Assembly (NCBI GenBank): GCA_010909165.1
Contig: VJWM01000238.1
Coordinates: 186,001 to 250,000, forward strand
Direction: 5' to 3'
DNA length: 64,000 bases
Source: Anthoceros angustus
Lineage: Eukaryota; Plantae; Anthocerotophyta
Position 1 is the stretch's first letter, and every line of letters starts with the position of its first letter. The notes beneath the pieces were generated by a model. The model saw only the letters and a program-made list of their open reading frames with translations, made no database searches and had not been told where the DNA came from. A program made the position numbers and the translations under genes. Positions 9,473 to 21,400 of the stretch are shown piece after piece.

Positions 9473-11650
9473 TCAGGATGATGGGCAGTGAGCAGGAGGA
9501 GTCCTAGGCTGCACAAGCACAGGCATGCCTCCCTTCATGCGGACGGTGATGGAGACCTGGCATTCCGGGACATACCCAGGAACGGGCTTGAGCTTGAAGC
9601 ATGGGATGAGGGCAGCAGCCATGGCCTTCATGTGTAGAATGGCGATGTCCTTCCCCAGACACAGCCTGGGCCCTGCATGGAAGGCCGGGAACCTGTATGG
9701 GCTGCCTGGACGAAACTCACCGTCCTTGAGCCACCTCTCCGGCTTGAACTCCATGCAGTCGGGCCCCCATATGCTCTTCATCCTCCCCATGGCCATGGGG
9801 TAGTAGCCGACTCTGGTCCCCTTGGGCACGAAGGTGCCATCCGGCAGGACGTCGTCCTCCAGAGCCACCCTGGGGATGAAGGGCACTGGGTGGTAAAGCC
9901 TCAGCGTCTCGAACAGGGCGGCATGCAAATAGTTCATGTTCCTCAGCTCCTCCCATGTGAAGGACGGAGGCGAGCTCCAGTCCTGCGCAGTTCCTTCCTC
10001 TGCCTTGGCTCCCTGCCTGCCGCCCACAAATTGTTGTGCATCAGATTCTCCCTTGCCCCGGGTCCTGGCCTGCAAGATGCTGCCGATCTCCTCCTGCACT
10101 GCCTGCTCGGCCGCGGGGTGCTGGTCCAGGAACCAGAAGAACCAGCACAGCACCAGGGCCGGAGCCTCCCTGCCCGCTATCAGGAAGCTGACGACGATGT
10201 CCTTGAGAAACACGTCGGAGTCCGAGTACTGCTCCTTGAGGAGAGCCGTGTTGTCGCTCTCCTTGTGCTGCTGCTGCCTGGCCTTGGAGCGAGGCGAGCC
10301 CGTGGGAGACGCGTGCTGCTCCTCCAGGAGTCGCATGAATCGGGAGAGCAGGTCCCTGTGTCCCTGCGCCCCGCTCTGCAGCTCCTGCCTCCTGTTGTGA
10401 ATTACTCCGTACGCGAAGTTGTCTATGGTCTTGACGCACTCCCGGATCCGCCTCTCGTTGCCCATGTTGAAGAATCGCATGGCCTTCCAGACCGGGGAGA
10501 AGGAGAAGAACCTCCCCAAGCACAGGAGGGCCGCCTCGTCAAACGCTTCCGCGAAGTCCACCGTCGGCAGCGACTCGTGCAGGCACGCCGGATCCACCCC
10601 GAACGACATGGCACACACATTGTCGAATGCGAATCGCAGAAGCAAGTCCTCCAAGTCCACCTGCTTGCCTGCATGCATCATGCATTTCGGCCACCCACAA
10701 ACAAGCAAGCTAGAAGGTAAGGAACCCACCACACCTTGCACAACAAACAAACAACATACAAACAAACAAACAAACAAACAAACATCGACACTGTCATACA
10801 GAGAGGCAGGCATCAGAACAACAAGAAAAACAACTGAACTACTGAACTGAAGTGATAGAAAAACAGGTGAACTCAAGTGTCGCGCTCTACGGACATGGTC
10901 TGAACACAAGAAAAAAGGTCTTGACAGGAGGAGCATAATGGGATGACACTGCCAGTAGCTACAGAGCAACAATGTGATGCACACCGTTGGCAGCTGATGG
11001 GTGAAGGAAGGTGGTAGAAGAAGAAGAGGAGGAGGAAAGGGAAGGAATTTACCAGCATTTGCAGCGTCGATGAGGATGGGGCAGAGGCGGTCTTCCATCT
11101 CCTTTTCCACGCATTCCATGAGGAGAATGCGGAGCGACTGGGCGCCAAATTCGTAGCTGGCGGCCTTCCTCTGCATGAGCCAGCACTCGCCGTTCACGTT
11201 GAAAATTCCGTTGCCCAGAAGGTCACCGAAGATCTCAGCGATGTCCTCGTCCTTGGGGTAGTTGTCGAAGCGGGTCTTGACGAAGTGCTTGACGTTGGCG
11301 GGGTTGGCGGTCTCGATGGAGATGGTGCCGCCGGGCATCACCTGGCGCATGGTGAGCGTGGGAGTCTTCTCAATCTGCTCCTTGGCCCAGTGCATCCAGC
11401 GGTGCTTGTTCATGAGGAAGGAGGGCAGGGATCCCACCAGAGGGTACACCGTGGGCCCCGTGTTCTTGCCGTATTCGGGGCTCTCCTTCCACCACTGGTA
11501 CGCCAGGGACGCCAGCAGCAACAGGGCCGTGCTGATGAGCACGTAGAAGAGCGAGTGCTTCCATTGGAATTCGGCCGGCAGCAGCAGCAGGTATTCTGGG
11601 CGGCGCAGGAATCCCCACAGATCCACCATGCCCCCCAGCTTTGACGCCAT
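9473..11650 (-). CDS. Cytochrome P450, CYP86 clan (most like CYP94 fatty-acyl/jasmonate oxidases). Exons 11650-11053 and 10668-9473, ~597 aa spliced
   Basis: N-terminal TM anchor and Pro-rich hinge (GPTVYPLVGSLP); KTRFDNYPK; DLLGNGIFNVNGECW..QRKAASYEF; DLEDLLLRFAFDNVC..SFGVDPACL; ExxR (ETLRLY); DVLPDGTFV; FKPERW; heme motif FHAGPRLCLG. Splicing at GT/AG gives AANAG|KQVD in frame. Confidence 0.93.
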   Translation of the reverse strand: MASKLGGMVDLWGFLRRPEYLLLLPAEFQWKHSLFYVLISTALLLLASLAYQWWKESPEYGKNTGPTVYPLVGSLPSFLMNKHRWMHWAKEQIEKTPTLTMRQVMPGGTISIETANPANVKHFVKTRFDNYPKDEDIAEIFGDLLGNGIFNVNGECWLMQRKAASYEFGAQSLRILLMECVEKEMEDRLCPILIDAANAGKFLPFPPPLLLLPPSFTHQLPTVCITLLLCSYWQCHPIMLLLSRPFFLCSDHVRRARHLSSPVFLSLQFSSSVVFLVVLMPASLYDSVDVCLFVCLFVCCLFVVQGVVGSLPSSLLVCGWPKCMMHAGKQVDLEDLLLRFAFDNVCAMSFGVDPACLHESLPTVDFAEAFDEAALLCLGRFFSFSPVWKAMRFFNMGNERRIRECVKTIDNFAYGVIHNRRQELQSGAQGHRDLLSRFMRLLEEQHASPTGSPRSKARQQQHKESDNTALLKEQYSDSDVFLKDIVVSFLIAGREAPALVLCWFFWFLDQHPAAEQAVQEEIGSILQARTRGKGESDAQQFVGGRQGAKAEEGTAQDWSSPPSFTWEELRNMNYLHAALFETLRLYHPVPFIPRVALEDDVLPDGTFVPKGTRVGYYPMAMGRMKSIWGPDCMEFKPERWLKDGEFRPGSPYRFPAFHAGPRLCLGKDIAILHMKAMAAALIPCFKLKPVPGYVPECQVSITVRMKGGMPVLVQPRTPPAHCPSS
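10669..11052 (-). other. 384-nt GT-AG intron of the P450 (length divisible by 3, no in-frame stop)
   Basis: Donor GCTG/gtaaat, acceptor atgcag/GCAAG, GTTT-rich interior. It explains the non-P450 low-complexity 128-aa stretch in the 727-aa ORF-track call. Confidence 0.88.
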
Positions 11651-11859
11651 CCTCAAGCAGTGCTGAGAATGATGCCCAGCAAGCTTGCGCGCAGCAACTG
11701 TTGCCGCCCTGAAGGAAGGAGGAGGAAAGGAAGGGAGAAGGGAGAGGGCGAGATTTGCAGAGCTTCAGCCCCGCACAAGAGCAGAGGAAGCAGAAGAAGC
11801 AGGCAGCAGAAAACGCTCAGCCCATGGCGGATGCAGGCAGCTGGAATGGGCGGCACAGC

Positions 11860-14460
11860 CAGTTCCGGGAGCTGGAGAGGAGGAGGAGGAGGAGATTTCA
11901 GCACTGCCCAACAGCGCAGAATTCTCCGCCGCCTGCCTGGCCGATGGGAGCGGCTGATCTGCCAGCGCCCATTGGTTCCCTCTCAAAGCAGGAGCTGCAA
12001 TTCCTGCAGGAGGAGGAGGAATCTGGAGGAGGAGGAGGGTGGGGAGGAAATGGCGGCTGGGCTGTGAATGCAAGGATTTCGCGCAGCTGCAGCAGCAAGC
12101 CAGCCGCTGGAGGGCGATGCGGGAGCCTGGAGGAAGGAGGCGGGAAGGCTGGAGCTCTGAGGCGGAGATGGTGTGGGAATTGGGATTTATGGGCGGGAGC
12201 GAGGGCGGGAGCGAGGGCGGGGAGGAGAGGAGAGGAGAGGAGGACAGGACAGCAGGTGGAGAAGGACAGGAGCAGGAGGAGGAGAAGAGGAGGAAGTGGA
12301 GAAAGTGGAGGAAGAGGAGGAGGAAGGAGGGGAAGGAAGGGCGTGACGCTGCCGCTGCCACTGCGCAGGGCGCATTTAAATTAGAGAGAGACCGGGATGG
12401 AGGGAAGGGAGGGACTTGGAGGGATGCGGCGATGGCTGCGGTTGGGGCTCTTGGACGGACACGCACCCTTGGAAGATGCCAGCTACTGCGAGCAATTTCC
12501 GTGGAAGCTGCAGAAGCGGCAAGGAAAGGAGGCCTGGAGAAACGAGCACGGGGTCAGAAATGTGAAGCGGAAGAAAGGGCGAGGGAAGAGCAAAGAAGGA
12601 GAAGAGAGAGTGGGGGTGTGAGTGTGTGTGTGTGTGTGTGTGATGGGAGGAGCAGGGTCCATGTACCCAGGGAAGTGCTGCAGCTCACAGCAGCAGAGCA
12701 GAGCAGAGCAGAGCAGATGTGGGCGGCCTGCTGTGAGCTGATGAGGTGAGGAGAGCCGGAAGGAGAATGTTCTTCCTTGAAGCCTGCCTTTGGAGCAGGA
12801 ACAGGGGTGGGGGAGAGAAGAAAGAGAGAAAGAAGGTCGTGGGTTGTGACAGCTCGAATGGAGCCAGTTCACCCGACACACACACACACGCCGGTGCTGA
12901 GCAGCACAGGCTTGTGCCAGGCCCCCTGCCAACTTGGCAGAGGTTGCAGCAGCAGGAACCATTCCATTTCACACCACCGGTTGCAGTTGCTGTAGTTGCA
13001 GTTGCAGTGCTGCTGCCGCTGGGAGGGTGCAGTGCAGAGGATGCTAAGTTTGGGGCCTCTCTCTGTTTCCCATTTCCCGTTGCATCTGACAGGGGCAACA
13101 GCGCTGGCTGGGTGGCAGGCCGGCCTGTAGTCTGGGCCTGACACGCCTTCGCGCAAGGAGGGAGCAATAAACAATGGGGTGTACTTATTATTGTGTGACA
13201 AGTGCTTTCCGCTGGCCTGGCGCTCCAACTCTGCTGCTGCTGCCCTCTGCGTCCTCCTCTGCCTCTGCCTCATCAGCCTCTGGAATCTCTGCGACCTGGC
13301 GACCTGGCCTCAGGCCTGCAGCGGCGCAGGACAGGCTCCAGAATCAATGGCTTTTTTGGCTCCAGGTACTGCATCACAAACCCATGTATGTTATGCGGTA
13401 TAGTGCAGCGCGCTGGATCCGAGGCATCGGCATACCCAGGGATTTCGCAGGTGAGGTGGGTGGTGCACACAAGCCCTAGATGTTGCGCACCGTCATGGGT
13501 CCAACGGTGGAAGATGAAGAGGAAGTGGTGGTCGCCTCGGATGGGCTCGCTCCAGGAAAGAGGATGATGACGCAGCCAGCTTGCTGCATGGCCAGGGCAT
13601 TGTTTTTTGTTTGTTTTGTGTTTTTGTCCTTGTGCGGCCAGTGGGGATAGGCGAGCCTGCCCCGGCCCTGCTGCTATCGGCATCATCACCTGCCGCCCAA
13701 TCATGGATGTTTCAATGATAGAAGCAGATATGGAGGATACTCGAGTCTTCACTTTGCAAAGTTACTGCATACGGCATCACCGGGGATGGGATGGGAGCAG
13801 GAGGCAAAAATCTGTTCTGGTCAAAAGGAGAGAGGCAGGCAGGCAGGGAGGCAGGCAGGCAGGCAGGCAGGCAGGCGGGCAGGAAGAAAGAAAGGAAGGA
13901 AGGAAGGAAGGAAGGATGAAGGAAAGGGAGGCAGGGGACGGAGGCGCCATCAACCCAGCATGAAAGCGTGATCAAGTTGCAGAAGCAGAGGGCATTACGA
14001 TAATGGCTTCTGTCGGATTGACTTCGGCGAAGCACGGAGGATGATGGGCGCCTTGCAGAACAGAACGTTATTGTTGTGTACACGCAACCCAACCCCAAGG
14101 AGCCCTTAACGCCATATGATGACCCATGACAAGAAATGACAGTGGGCATGGGAAGAAGGAAGGGGTAACATCATGTTCGCTGCTTCCTGTGCTTCCTGCC
14201 TGTCTGTAGGGTCACAACTTTGTGTGTGCGCTGCACTTGGGCGCTGTGCTGTGCTGTCATGCCGCCTGCTGGCATTTCGATCAAGGCAAGAGAAACAACA
14301 GCTTGCAGGTGTCTTTGCCTGACTGACGCGGGGGATCTGGGAGTTTGCAACAGAAATAGGAATGTCAACTGCAAAACACCTCGGACCCTCTCCTCTCGCT
14401 CTCCCTCTCCTTCTCCCTCTCCCACTCCCACTCCCTCTCCCTCTCCCCCCTCTCTCCAAT
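11860..14460. repeat. Microsatellite-dense GC-rich region upstream of the P450
   Basis: (GGA)n blocks ~11875-12330; (GT)n ~12617-12642; (GAGCA)n ~12690-12716; (CA)n ~12878; (GCAG)n ~13835-13880; (GGAA)n ~13890-13925; (CTCCC[T/A])n ~14395-14450. Confidence 0.9.
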
Positions 14461-15749
14461 TTCCCCCATCGCTGTTTCCCCATACAAAAAGCTGCCTACT
14501 CTTAGCGGTTGGCAGCGCCGCTGCCTCTCCCCCTCTCCCTGCCACATTCGAGGTACGAATACGGACATGGAATCAATCCCTCTTTGAGCTCCGGACGACA
14601 TGGAATCAATCCCCAAAGGAGCTCTCCCCGTCCCTCACATCCTTCCCTTCTCCTCAAGATGGGCCACAATTTGAGGCTACGAGATATGTGTGAAGGACTG
14701 TTCACATGACATCGGGGCCGGGTCTGCGCAGTTTACCGTAAAATACGGGACGAGCCGTCTTTTCGGGTTCGTTTCATGTCGAGACAAAAACAATTTTGCC
14801 CTCGCACTCTCATTGCGCGGTGAGCATCATGAGGCCTGCTGGCCGGTGGCCCGGGATTCCTCTTCCCCTAAAATTATCCATCCAGCGGCCCCCCAGCCTC
14901 TTCGCTTCCTCGGCCTCCGCCGTGTCCGGTCTGGAGGGATAGAAAGCCTGGGCCCCCATGAGCCCCAACCGGAGCATGTAATCCCACTGGCCCTCTACGT
15001 GCGTCGTCCACATGCGTGTAATCCGGGTGGCCCTCTACGTGCGTCCTTCACATATGCGACCCCAAGGTACCACAAACAACAACAACCAGGGAGGGAGTGT
15101 CAGCGACAAAAAAAATATCAATAACAAAGGACTCTGCTGCCCTCTGCAATACTATAGTATAATAAAAATAAAATAAACGAAGAGTAAAATTATTTTTAGA
15201 AAACTTTTCCATGGGTGTTGTGCTCAGCGCAAGGCCTTCGTGCTCGTGTTGTCTTGAACTCATGAAACACAAATTTTGTGGTTACAACGTATTATGAATC
15301 ATGCATTATGAATCGAAATATGGCTTACTGAACGTCAACCCCGACATACACCGGGATGTCTCAGAGTGGTGCTTGTGATTGCTCGCGCTTGTTGGCCCGG
15401 CCGCTTGTTGTTCAAGCTCTTGGTCATTTGGCAGTAGTAGGCGGCCAGGTCGGTGGCTCACAGACTAGCATGGGATAGAAAGAGGCAAAAATATGTTCTA
15501 ATTGCACGGTGAACACGAATAATGGGCGTAAGATTCCATACTGCACAAAGAAGGAGTTTGAGTTGGAAATAACGTAACTTGGCCGGCAATCCTTCAAAAG
15601 ATTGATTATCTAGTGTTTGGGACAGCAACCATCAGCCAAAGGATGTTCCCAATTCAGACCCCCTCTTTTGAAAGACTGGTCGTCTCATGTTTTTTAAATT
15701 GGCAGATGAAACAACGCGCTACATTCAATAAATGTGGTTGAGCTACATG

Positions 15750-16550
15750 AAGCTCCTCCCATCCTTGCAACAAATGTTTGTGTACGACCAATACGAAGCT
15801 TTAATTCCTTCCTACAACTACAAATAACTAGTTAGCCAATAAGCGATAAACCAACATCAAGCACCCCTTTGTCAAAATCAATGCACAAACGCCACATTTT
15901 CCGGCTACCCACACCATGGCCATGAGCTCCGGAGCATATCCTGCATACCTTGTACAAGAGGTCAGGAAGATGGTGTACTTGCACCACCAAGATACAATAT
16001 ACAAGTAGAAAGAATATATCGTTTCGCACAAAAAAAGGTAAAACAACTTACTCTACAATAAACAGGAGGTACGGTCGCTCTTGCGGCAATTGCAAGAGCG
16101 ACTAAGCTAGAATCGACTAACAGCAAGAAAAGAATTGCAGTTGAGGCATGAAATTGCCACAACCGCTATTGCTAAAACATGACTCCATCCTCGATGCGCC
16201 TCACAAGCATCCAATGGATAATAAATGAAGAATTTTTTTATAGCAGAGAGGCACTTGGAACACAATGGAGAAATGAGAGCAAACTTGGCGAGCCTAATCT
16301 TGGTAAGGAGAGCTCGATGAAGAAGTACCCAACAAAAAGACTGAACCTTGGGTGGTAGCATGCTACAGCCAGAGAAAATATTTGCTTTCATCGCCGATCG
16401 AATAGCATGCAAAACCCAAGCAGGCTGATCTTTCGTAGCCTGCCTCACACAGTACATCACCTTGATAGAGATTGGCAGAGGGCAGACTAAGAGAATCTGA
16501 TCTCCAAGCAAAGGATGAAACCAGAGCGAGAAGCCGCCGAGCAAAGTACA
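15750..16550 (-). mobile_element. L1-type LINE 3' fragment (zf-RVT-like region followed by degenerate RNase H-like segment)
   Basis: LPPKVQSFCWVLLHRALLTKIRL...LCSKC...YPLDACEAHRGW fits the zf-RVT pattern (PPKV..F.W..LH..L.T...C..C...C..A...W). Downstream APELMAM...ALILTKGCLMLV resembles the plant L1 RNase H AEL.A / EGD segment. Confidence 0.75.
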
Positions 16551-19120
16551 TGTCCCTGACGATTCAAATTGAGTAGCTTTGTCTACATAACCATCGGTAG
16601 GTCAACACTAGTCCGCCACTTAAGGCTTTTTTCCTTTCTCCCTTCGGAATCCAGAGGACCGCCTAAGCTTGACACTCCGTGTATGACTGGGGGCTAGTCC
16701 CCCTAGCATGGTGCCCTTCGTTGGGTTTTTCCCCTTTTGTTTTTGGGGTGGATGGGTTTTTCCCACCTCTTTTTTATAATAAAGTCTTCTTTCCCTCTCT
16801 GTGAACCTATGGTGATAACAAAAAAAAAAACTCAATTTGAATGATTTAATAGAGGATAAATCAAAAGAATTATACAAAAATTGAAGATGAAAGAGTGAAA
16901 CATGTGAGATATTCCCCCTTGGCCGTTCAGGGTTGGGGCCGGGCATGTACTCTACTTGCGTGAAGTAGGATGGATAATATGACGGTGGCGCTGGCTTGTT
17001 GCTCGGATCAAGGAGTGCGCGGATCAATCATCTCCTGCAGGAGGGTTTCCACCCACCGACTGCCCAAACGGGGCGGCTTGGCGCTGGCCCCCACCCACCC
17101 GACAAGCCAACGCTCATGGCAACCCACGGCCGCGGAGAAGCGGCGCTTGCCCCGGTTTGGTGGCGCGAAACGCGAGGTCCCCGCAGAGGAAGCGGCGCGA
17201 ATGAATCGTTGGGGGCGGGTGGAAAGAAGCGGCCGCATTGGGGTGTCGTGTCTCTAGTGCGGCGGGTGAACATGTGTCATGTGAGCGCGAGAGCACTCAC
17301 ACACGTGCCGGTGGGGCTGTCTCGAAACGGTCCCACGTCGGCCCCACGACGTGGGCTTTGGTGGGCCGGCGAAGGCGGGCCGGGCCGGGCCGGGCCGGCA
17401 TCTTTCTGTTTGCATGGCTGGGCACGCATGGCATCTGGCGTGGCGACGGCACGGAACGGAAGCCAGCGGCAGGCAAAGGGTAACGGTGCTGCCGCCACGA
17501 AACGGAACGGGGCGGCGCGGGAAGGAAGCAGAAGAAGGAATCCCGGAGCCTCCTGTCAGAGGCTCGTGGATAGCATGCCGCGCAGGCGAGTGGTTAAACA
17601 AAGCAAACCAGGGCCGGCGATGATGGCGGCAAGGAGATAGTGGAGACAAGGAAGCGGGACGTTCCCTTCCTCTCCTTTTTCCTTTTCCCTTTCCGTTCCT
17701 TGCCTCTCCTTGCCTTTCCCGTTTGCCATGTTCGCCAACTCCATTTCCGCAGGGCCCAGCGCCCAGCCCATGGCCAGAAACAGCCACACGCAGCGCCCAG
17801 CTAATTTCTCCTCAGCGAGGCCCTGATGTCATGGGCACGTTCCGTCACCCTACACCACATGCCATGGAGCAACACCAACTCGTCGGGAAACATAGTGGGT
17901 GGCCTCCCTCATGTGCCTGACGTGCTCGGCCGGCCCTTCTCCCTCTCCCAGCCGCCCGAGATGCCGAGGAATCGCAGAAATGTGACATAACTCAGCCAGC
18001 TCCAGCTCCAGCTCTTGCTCGTCGTGGGCAATGGCGGGATGGTGTGAAAGCGCCATAATCTGCTGGGCTGACACCTCTGCCTCTTGATGCTGATGCATCA
18101 CTGACCGCCGCTGTGATGAGTGAGTGATTGCAGTCATTTGCAGTCAGCCAGATTGGTACCTCTACACCGTGCCTGGTATTCAAGCCAGCCGTCCGACGCT
18201 GTTATGAGTGAGTACATTCACTCGCAGTCAGCCAGGTCGGTACTCTCAGGCCTGTGATTGGTATTCAAGCCAGCCGTTTCAAATCACCTGGGAAGGTCGA
18301 CTCCAGTCCCACCCTGTCAGCATGCAACGTCCACACTGCCCGACTCACCCATGGACTGTACTGGATCAAGCTTGAAGCAACCCGTCCTCCAGCACCCCAT
18401 ATCTTAACCTATCGCCCACAGCTTGCTTTGCTCTCCTTTGTATAAGTCACTCAAAACAAGATTCCATAGTTTTTCTCCCATGCATCCACATGGATTAATT
18501 AATACATGAGATTCTTGGGTCTCATCTAATCTGATCGAATCTCTTCTTCAATAATACAGGATGTTAGATGGATATACACCAAATAATTACTTTTGAATTG
18601 GTGTGAGTACAAATGCATAGAATTATAAATATATGGTTCTACGTATTGGACAATGGCGTCAAAGAACCTGGTCAAAAAGAATACGAGAGGTCTTGGAGGG
18701 AATGTTGTACGAAAGTTAATTAGTGGGTGCAAATCTTCATGCAATACGTGTGTGGGTGGGTGTTGAGGACCAACCATGCAGTAGATGAGTTGGTGCTATA
18801 AAAGAGTAGACATATGCGTGGAGTTCCAGAGTTATGATATAAAAGTTGAATCATGATTGGAACGGAGTACAAACATGTGAACAAACCAACTCCTACATAG
18901 AAATCATAATCTTCCTTTCTTTCTTGCACACCATAAACATGGATGAGAAATTATTGCTTTATTACTGCTTTGTGTACTATGTATGTAGAAATTGTAGATG
19001 CGAGACTTAGTGGATACGTTTGAAGGACTAACATTGCATTACATTGCTGCGTTGTAAGTGTGTAGTAGAGTCGACATCATATCATATGATGTATACACGA
19101 ATGGATGATGCAATAAATCG

Positions 19121-19258
19121 GTTGGTGTTGGTGGATGAAGGGTACCAACATGTGATGTCATAGATTGGTTGGTGTTGGTGGATTGGATGAAGGGTACCAA
19201 AATGTGATGTCATAGATTGGTTGGTGTTGGTGGATGAAGGGTACCAACATGTGATGTC
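19121..19258. repeat. ~47-52-bp tandem repeat, 3 copies
   Basis: ttggtgttggtggatgaagggtaccaacatgtgatgtcatagattgg is repeated at ~19121, ~19168 and ~19220. Confidence 0.92.
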
Positions 19259-20229
19259 GGCAAGATATGCGTTCATTGGTTGTACATAGGAGAGTTGGTG
19301 TGGATCACAAGGTAAATCACCTATATGCACCAATCATATAACGCATATGGCGAATAAATGCATGACAGGAAAAAGTACTTACGGGGACCTACGCAAGTTG
19401 ATGACAAAAGAGTTGGTGATGACAAAAGAGTTGGTGAAGAAAACGGGCAATTGTACAAATACTTTGCAATCAATTTTTGGGTACAAGTACATATAACATC
19501 ATATGGTTGGTGTACTTGTTACATATTTTGCTGTCATTGGACACATGCACATATACATGCAGATGTAGTACATATGCATGCCCAGCTTGAACGGTGGGAG
19601 TTGGTAGTGTGTGTGATACTCTTTACACTAGGATGGTTTTTGTGCCTACAACAAGAATGTGAGTAACATGTGAAAGGAATGTCTATTCTTAGAACCAACT
19701 CTAGCATATAGGTTGAGCACTGCCTTCTCATGGCTCACAATATTCTAGATATACTTGTTAACAATCCGGTCAACAAATGAGCCAGTAGTTGGGTGTCGTT
19801 AAACTATAAGATATTGAGTAGAGTTAAAGTGATGTAAGATGTCGTGATTAGGAAGCTATCACTCTATCTTACATGATAGTGGATAGTGTCAACTCATGTG
19901 TATTGATTAGTTACGTACTAACTTTTGGATGACTTAATAGTCATTTTGCTAGTTCCATTAAGTTGAAATTTTTAAAAAAAATTCTACGTATTTTTTTAAT
20001 TTAATAAAGTATTCGCAAACAAATCGAAACATGAGAATCTTAGTTCCTAAGAGATGTTAAGTGCTCGTAGGATAAATACTTTCTCTTGCTTTAGATGTCC
20101 CCAGCTGCAAATATACTGGTATTCAACTATAGTGGTTCTTAATTACGTGATCCGTATATGACGATTTAATAGAGTCAATCTAAGTTCATCATTCTCAGGT
20201 TAAAGAGTCAACCTAAGTTTGTCATTCTC

Positions 20230-20720
20230 AGGTTGTACTCCTTCGTCCTGCATCCGCCCATAGTATAAAATGGTCTCTTGATACTGACCGGAATGTCTTG
20301 ACGCAGGTTTCTTTAAGCAAGGACGATGGTCGTCCATGAAAAGACACTAACAAATCTTCCAAAAGGTGCTGCCCATCTGTTACGCTTCCACAATTGATAT
20401 ATATATAAATATATGTGCAATAATAAGGAGTTTGCCCGAATTCCGATTTAGATCCAACCCATGTTTTGTTAAAGAGCATGTACTTTTTCGGCATAGACTA
20501 GGCCTTCTTCTTTATGCAAGCCTGCGATAACTTCTTCCACGTTTGCACAGAAGAGTGTCTGGGTGGAAATGGATTTCTTCGGCAAAAAGAGCTTATGGCT
20601 AAAATAAGGTTTGGGCAAAAATGTGCTTTCGCTATGTTTTGGCATTTTTTGAGGCTGTTCTTTAATTGAAATGTAGTGCTCCACCTCGGGGTGCCACACA
20701 CTTTATGTTCATTTGGTCAT
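20230..20720 (-). pseudogene. Possible decayed DNA-transposase (hAT-like) fragment
   Basis: CGTPRWSTTFQLKNSL weakly resembles the hAT TRW(N/S)ST motif; interrupted by stops. Motif-level resemblance only. Confidence 0.3.
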
Positions 20721-21259
20721 ATTGTGCTGCATCCATATGTGAACATCATGATTTAGAAGGGGTGAAGATGATCAGAACCATCAATTACATGCTATTTCTA
20801 CATGTCCGCCATTCATGATCTTATATTAGCATTTATGTTAGAAAACAAAAGGATTGAGATGAGTGTGCAAACTTGTTAACTTCTTGCCCCCAAGTGAGGA
20901 ACTCTTTTAAGAAATCAAAAGATTAACTATGAGGGCTAGGCAAATAGGCTTAGCCCTCAGAACCAGGTCTAATCCGGCTTGTTATTGAGCCACCAAATAT
21001 TAGGAATCGACCTAGACATCCACCATGGTCAGTCAGTAATGTGACATTGATGCACCATGAGCCAATACTAAAAAGAAAAATGCTTAGTACTTAGACAAAA
21101 CTAGTTGCTTAGTACTTCAAATTCAAGTGGTTTCCATCCATATTCTAGTTTTCAAGCGAAGGTGGGTTGAGGACATGGTTACCAAGAATCGATAGTGTCC
21201 TAAATTAAAAAGATCTATAAATTATATATAACTTAGATTTCAATCTTTAATATCTCTTC

Positions 21260-21400
21260 CACTAGTGCAGATTACTCTACTAGGAACCTGGTGGCTATGT
21301 AACGTCTTTTTGTTGTAGTTCTTGTTATGGTGATCAAAAACGTTACAACGGATGGTGTGGGAGACACTCAGTCACACAAGCCTAAGTTTGTTACATTGAC
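21260..21400 (+). mobile_element. Candidate left terminus of a large CACTA (En/Spm) element
   Basis: CACTAGTGCAGA at 21260, followed by ctactagga and several gttaca/tgtaac motifs like those in the CCCTA element's subtermini. The matching right TIR is not in the window. Confidence 0.35.

Noticed and set aside
9677-10720. 347-aa plus-strand ORF
   Set aside because: Antisense shadow of the high-GC3 P450 exon 2.
9473-11656. 727-aa single-exon P450 as given in the ORF track
   Set aside because: It starts at a TTG and reads through a canonical 384-nt intron; the spliced ~597-aa model fits the P450 fold.
11660-14700. Many 100-240-aa ORFs in the SSR region
   Set aside because: Low-complexity translations of microsatellites in GC-rich DNA with no recognisable domain.
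16686-16708. Hairpin gggggctagtccccc followed by ctag as a Helitron 3' end
   Set aside because: The hairpin abuts CTAG without the usual spacing, and no 5' TC end or Rep/Hel remnant was found.
16740-16832. aataaa plus A-run as the 3' end of a plus-strand LINE/SINE
   Set aside because: No upstream plus-strand RT homology or TSD could be seen.
17000-18200. GC-rich block with gggcc repeats and short ORFs as a gene or TE end
   Set aside because: No TIR/TSD pair or protein motif could be supported.
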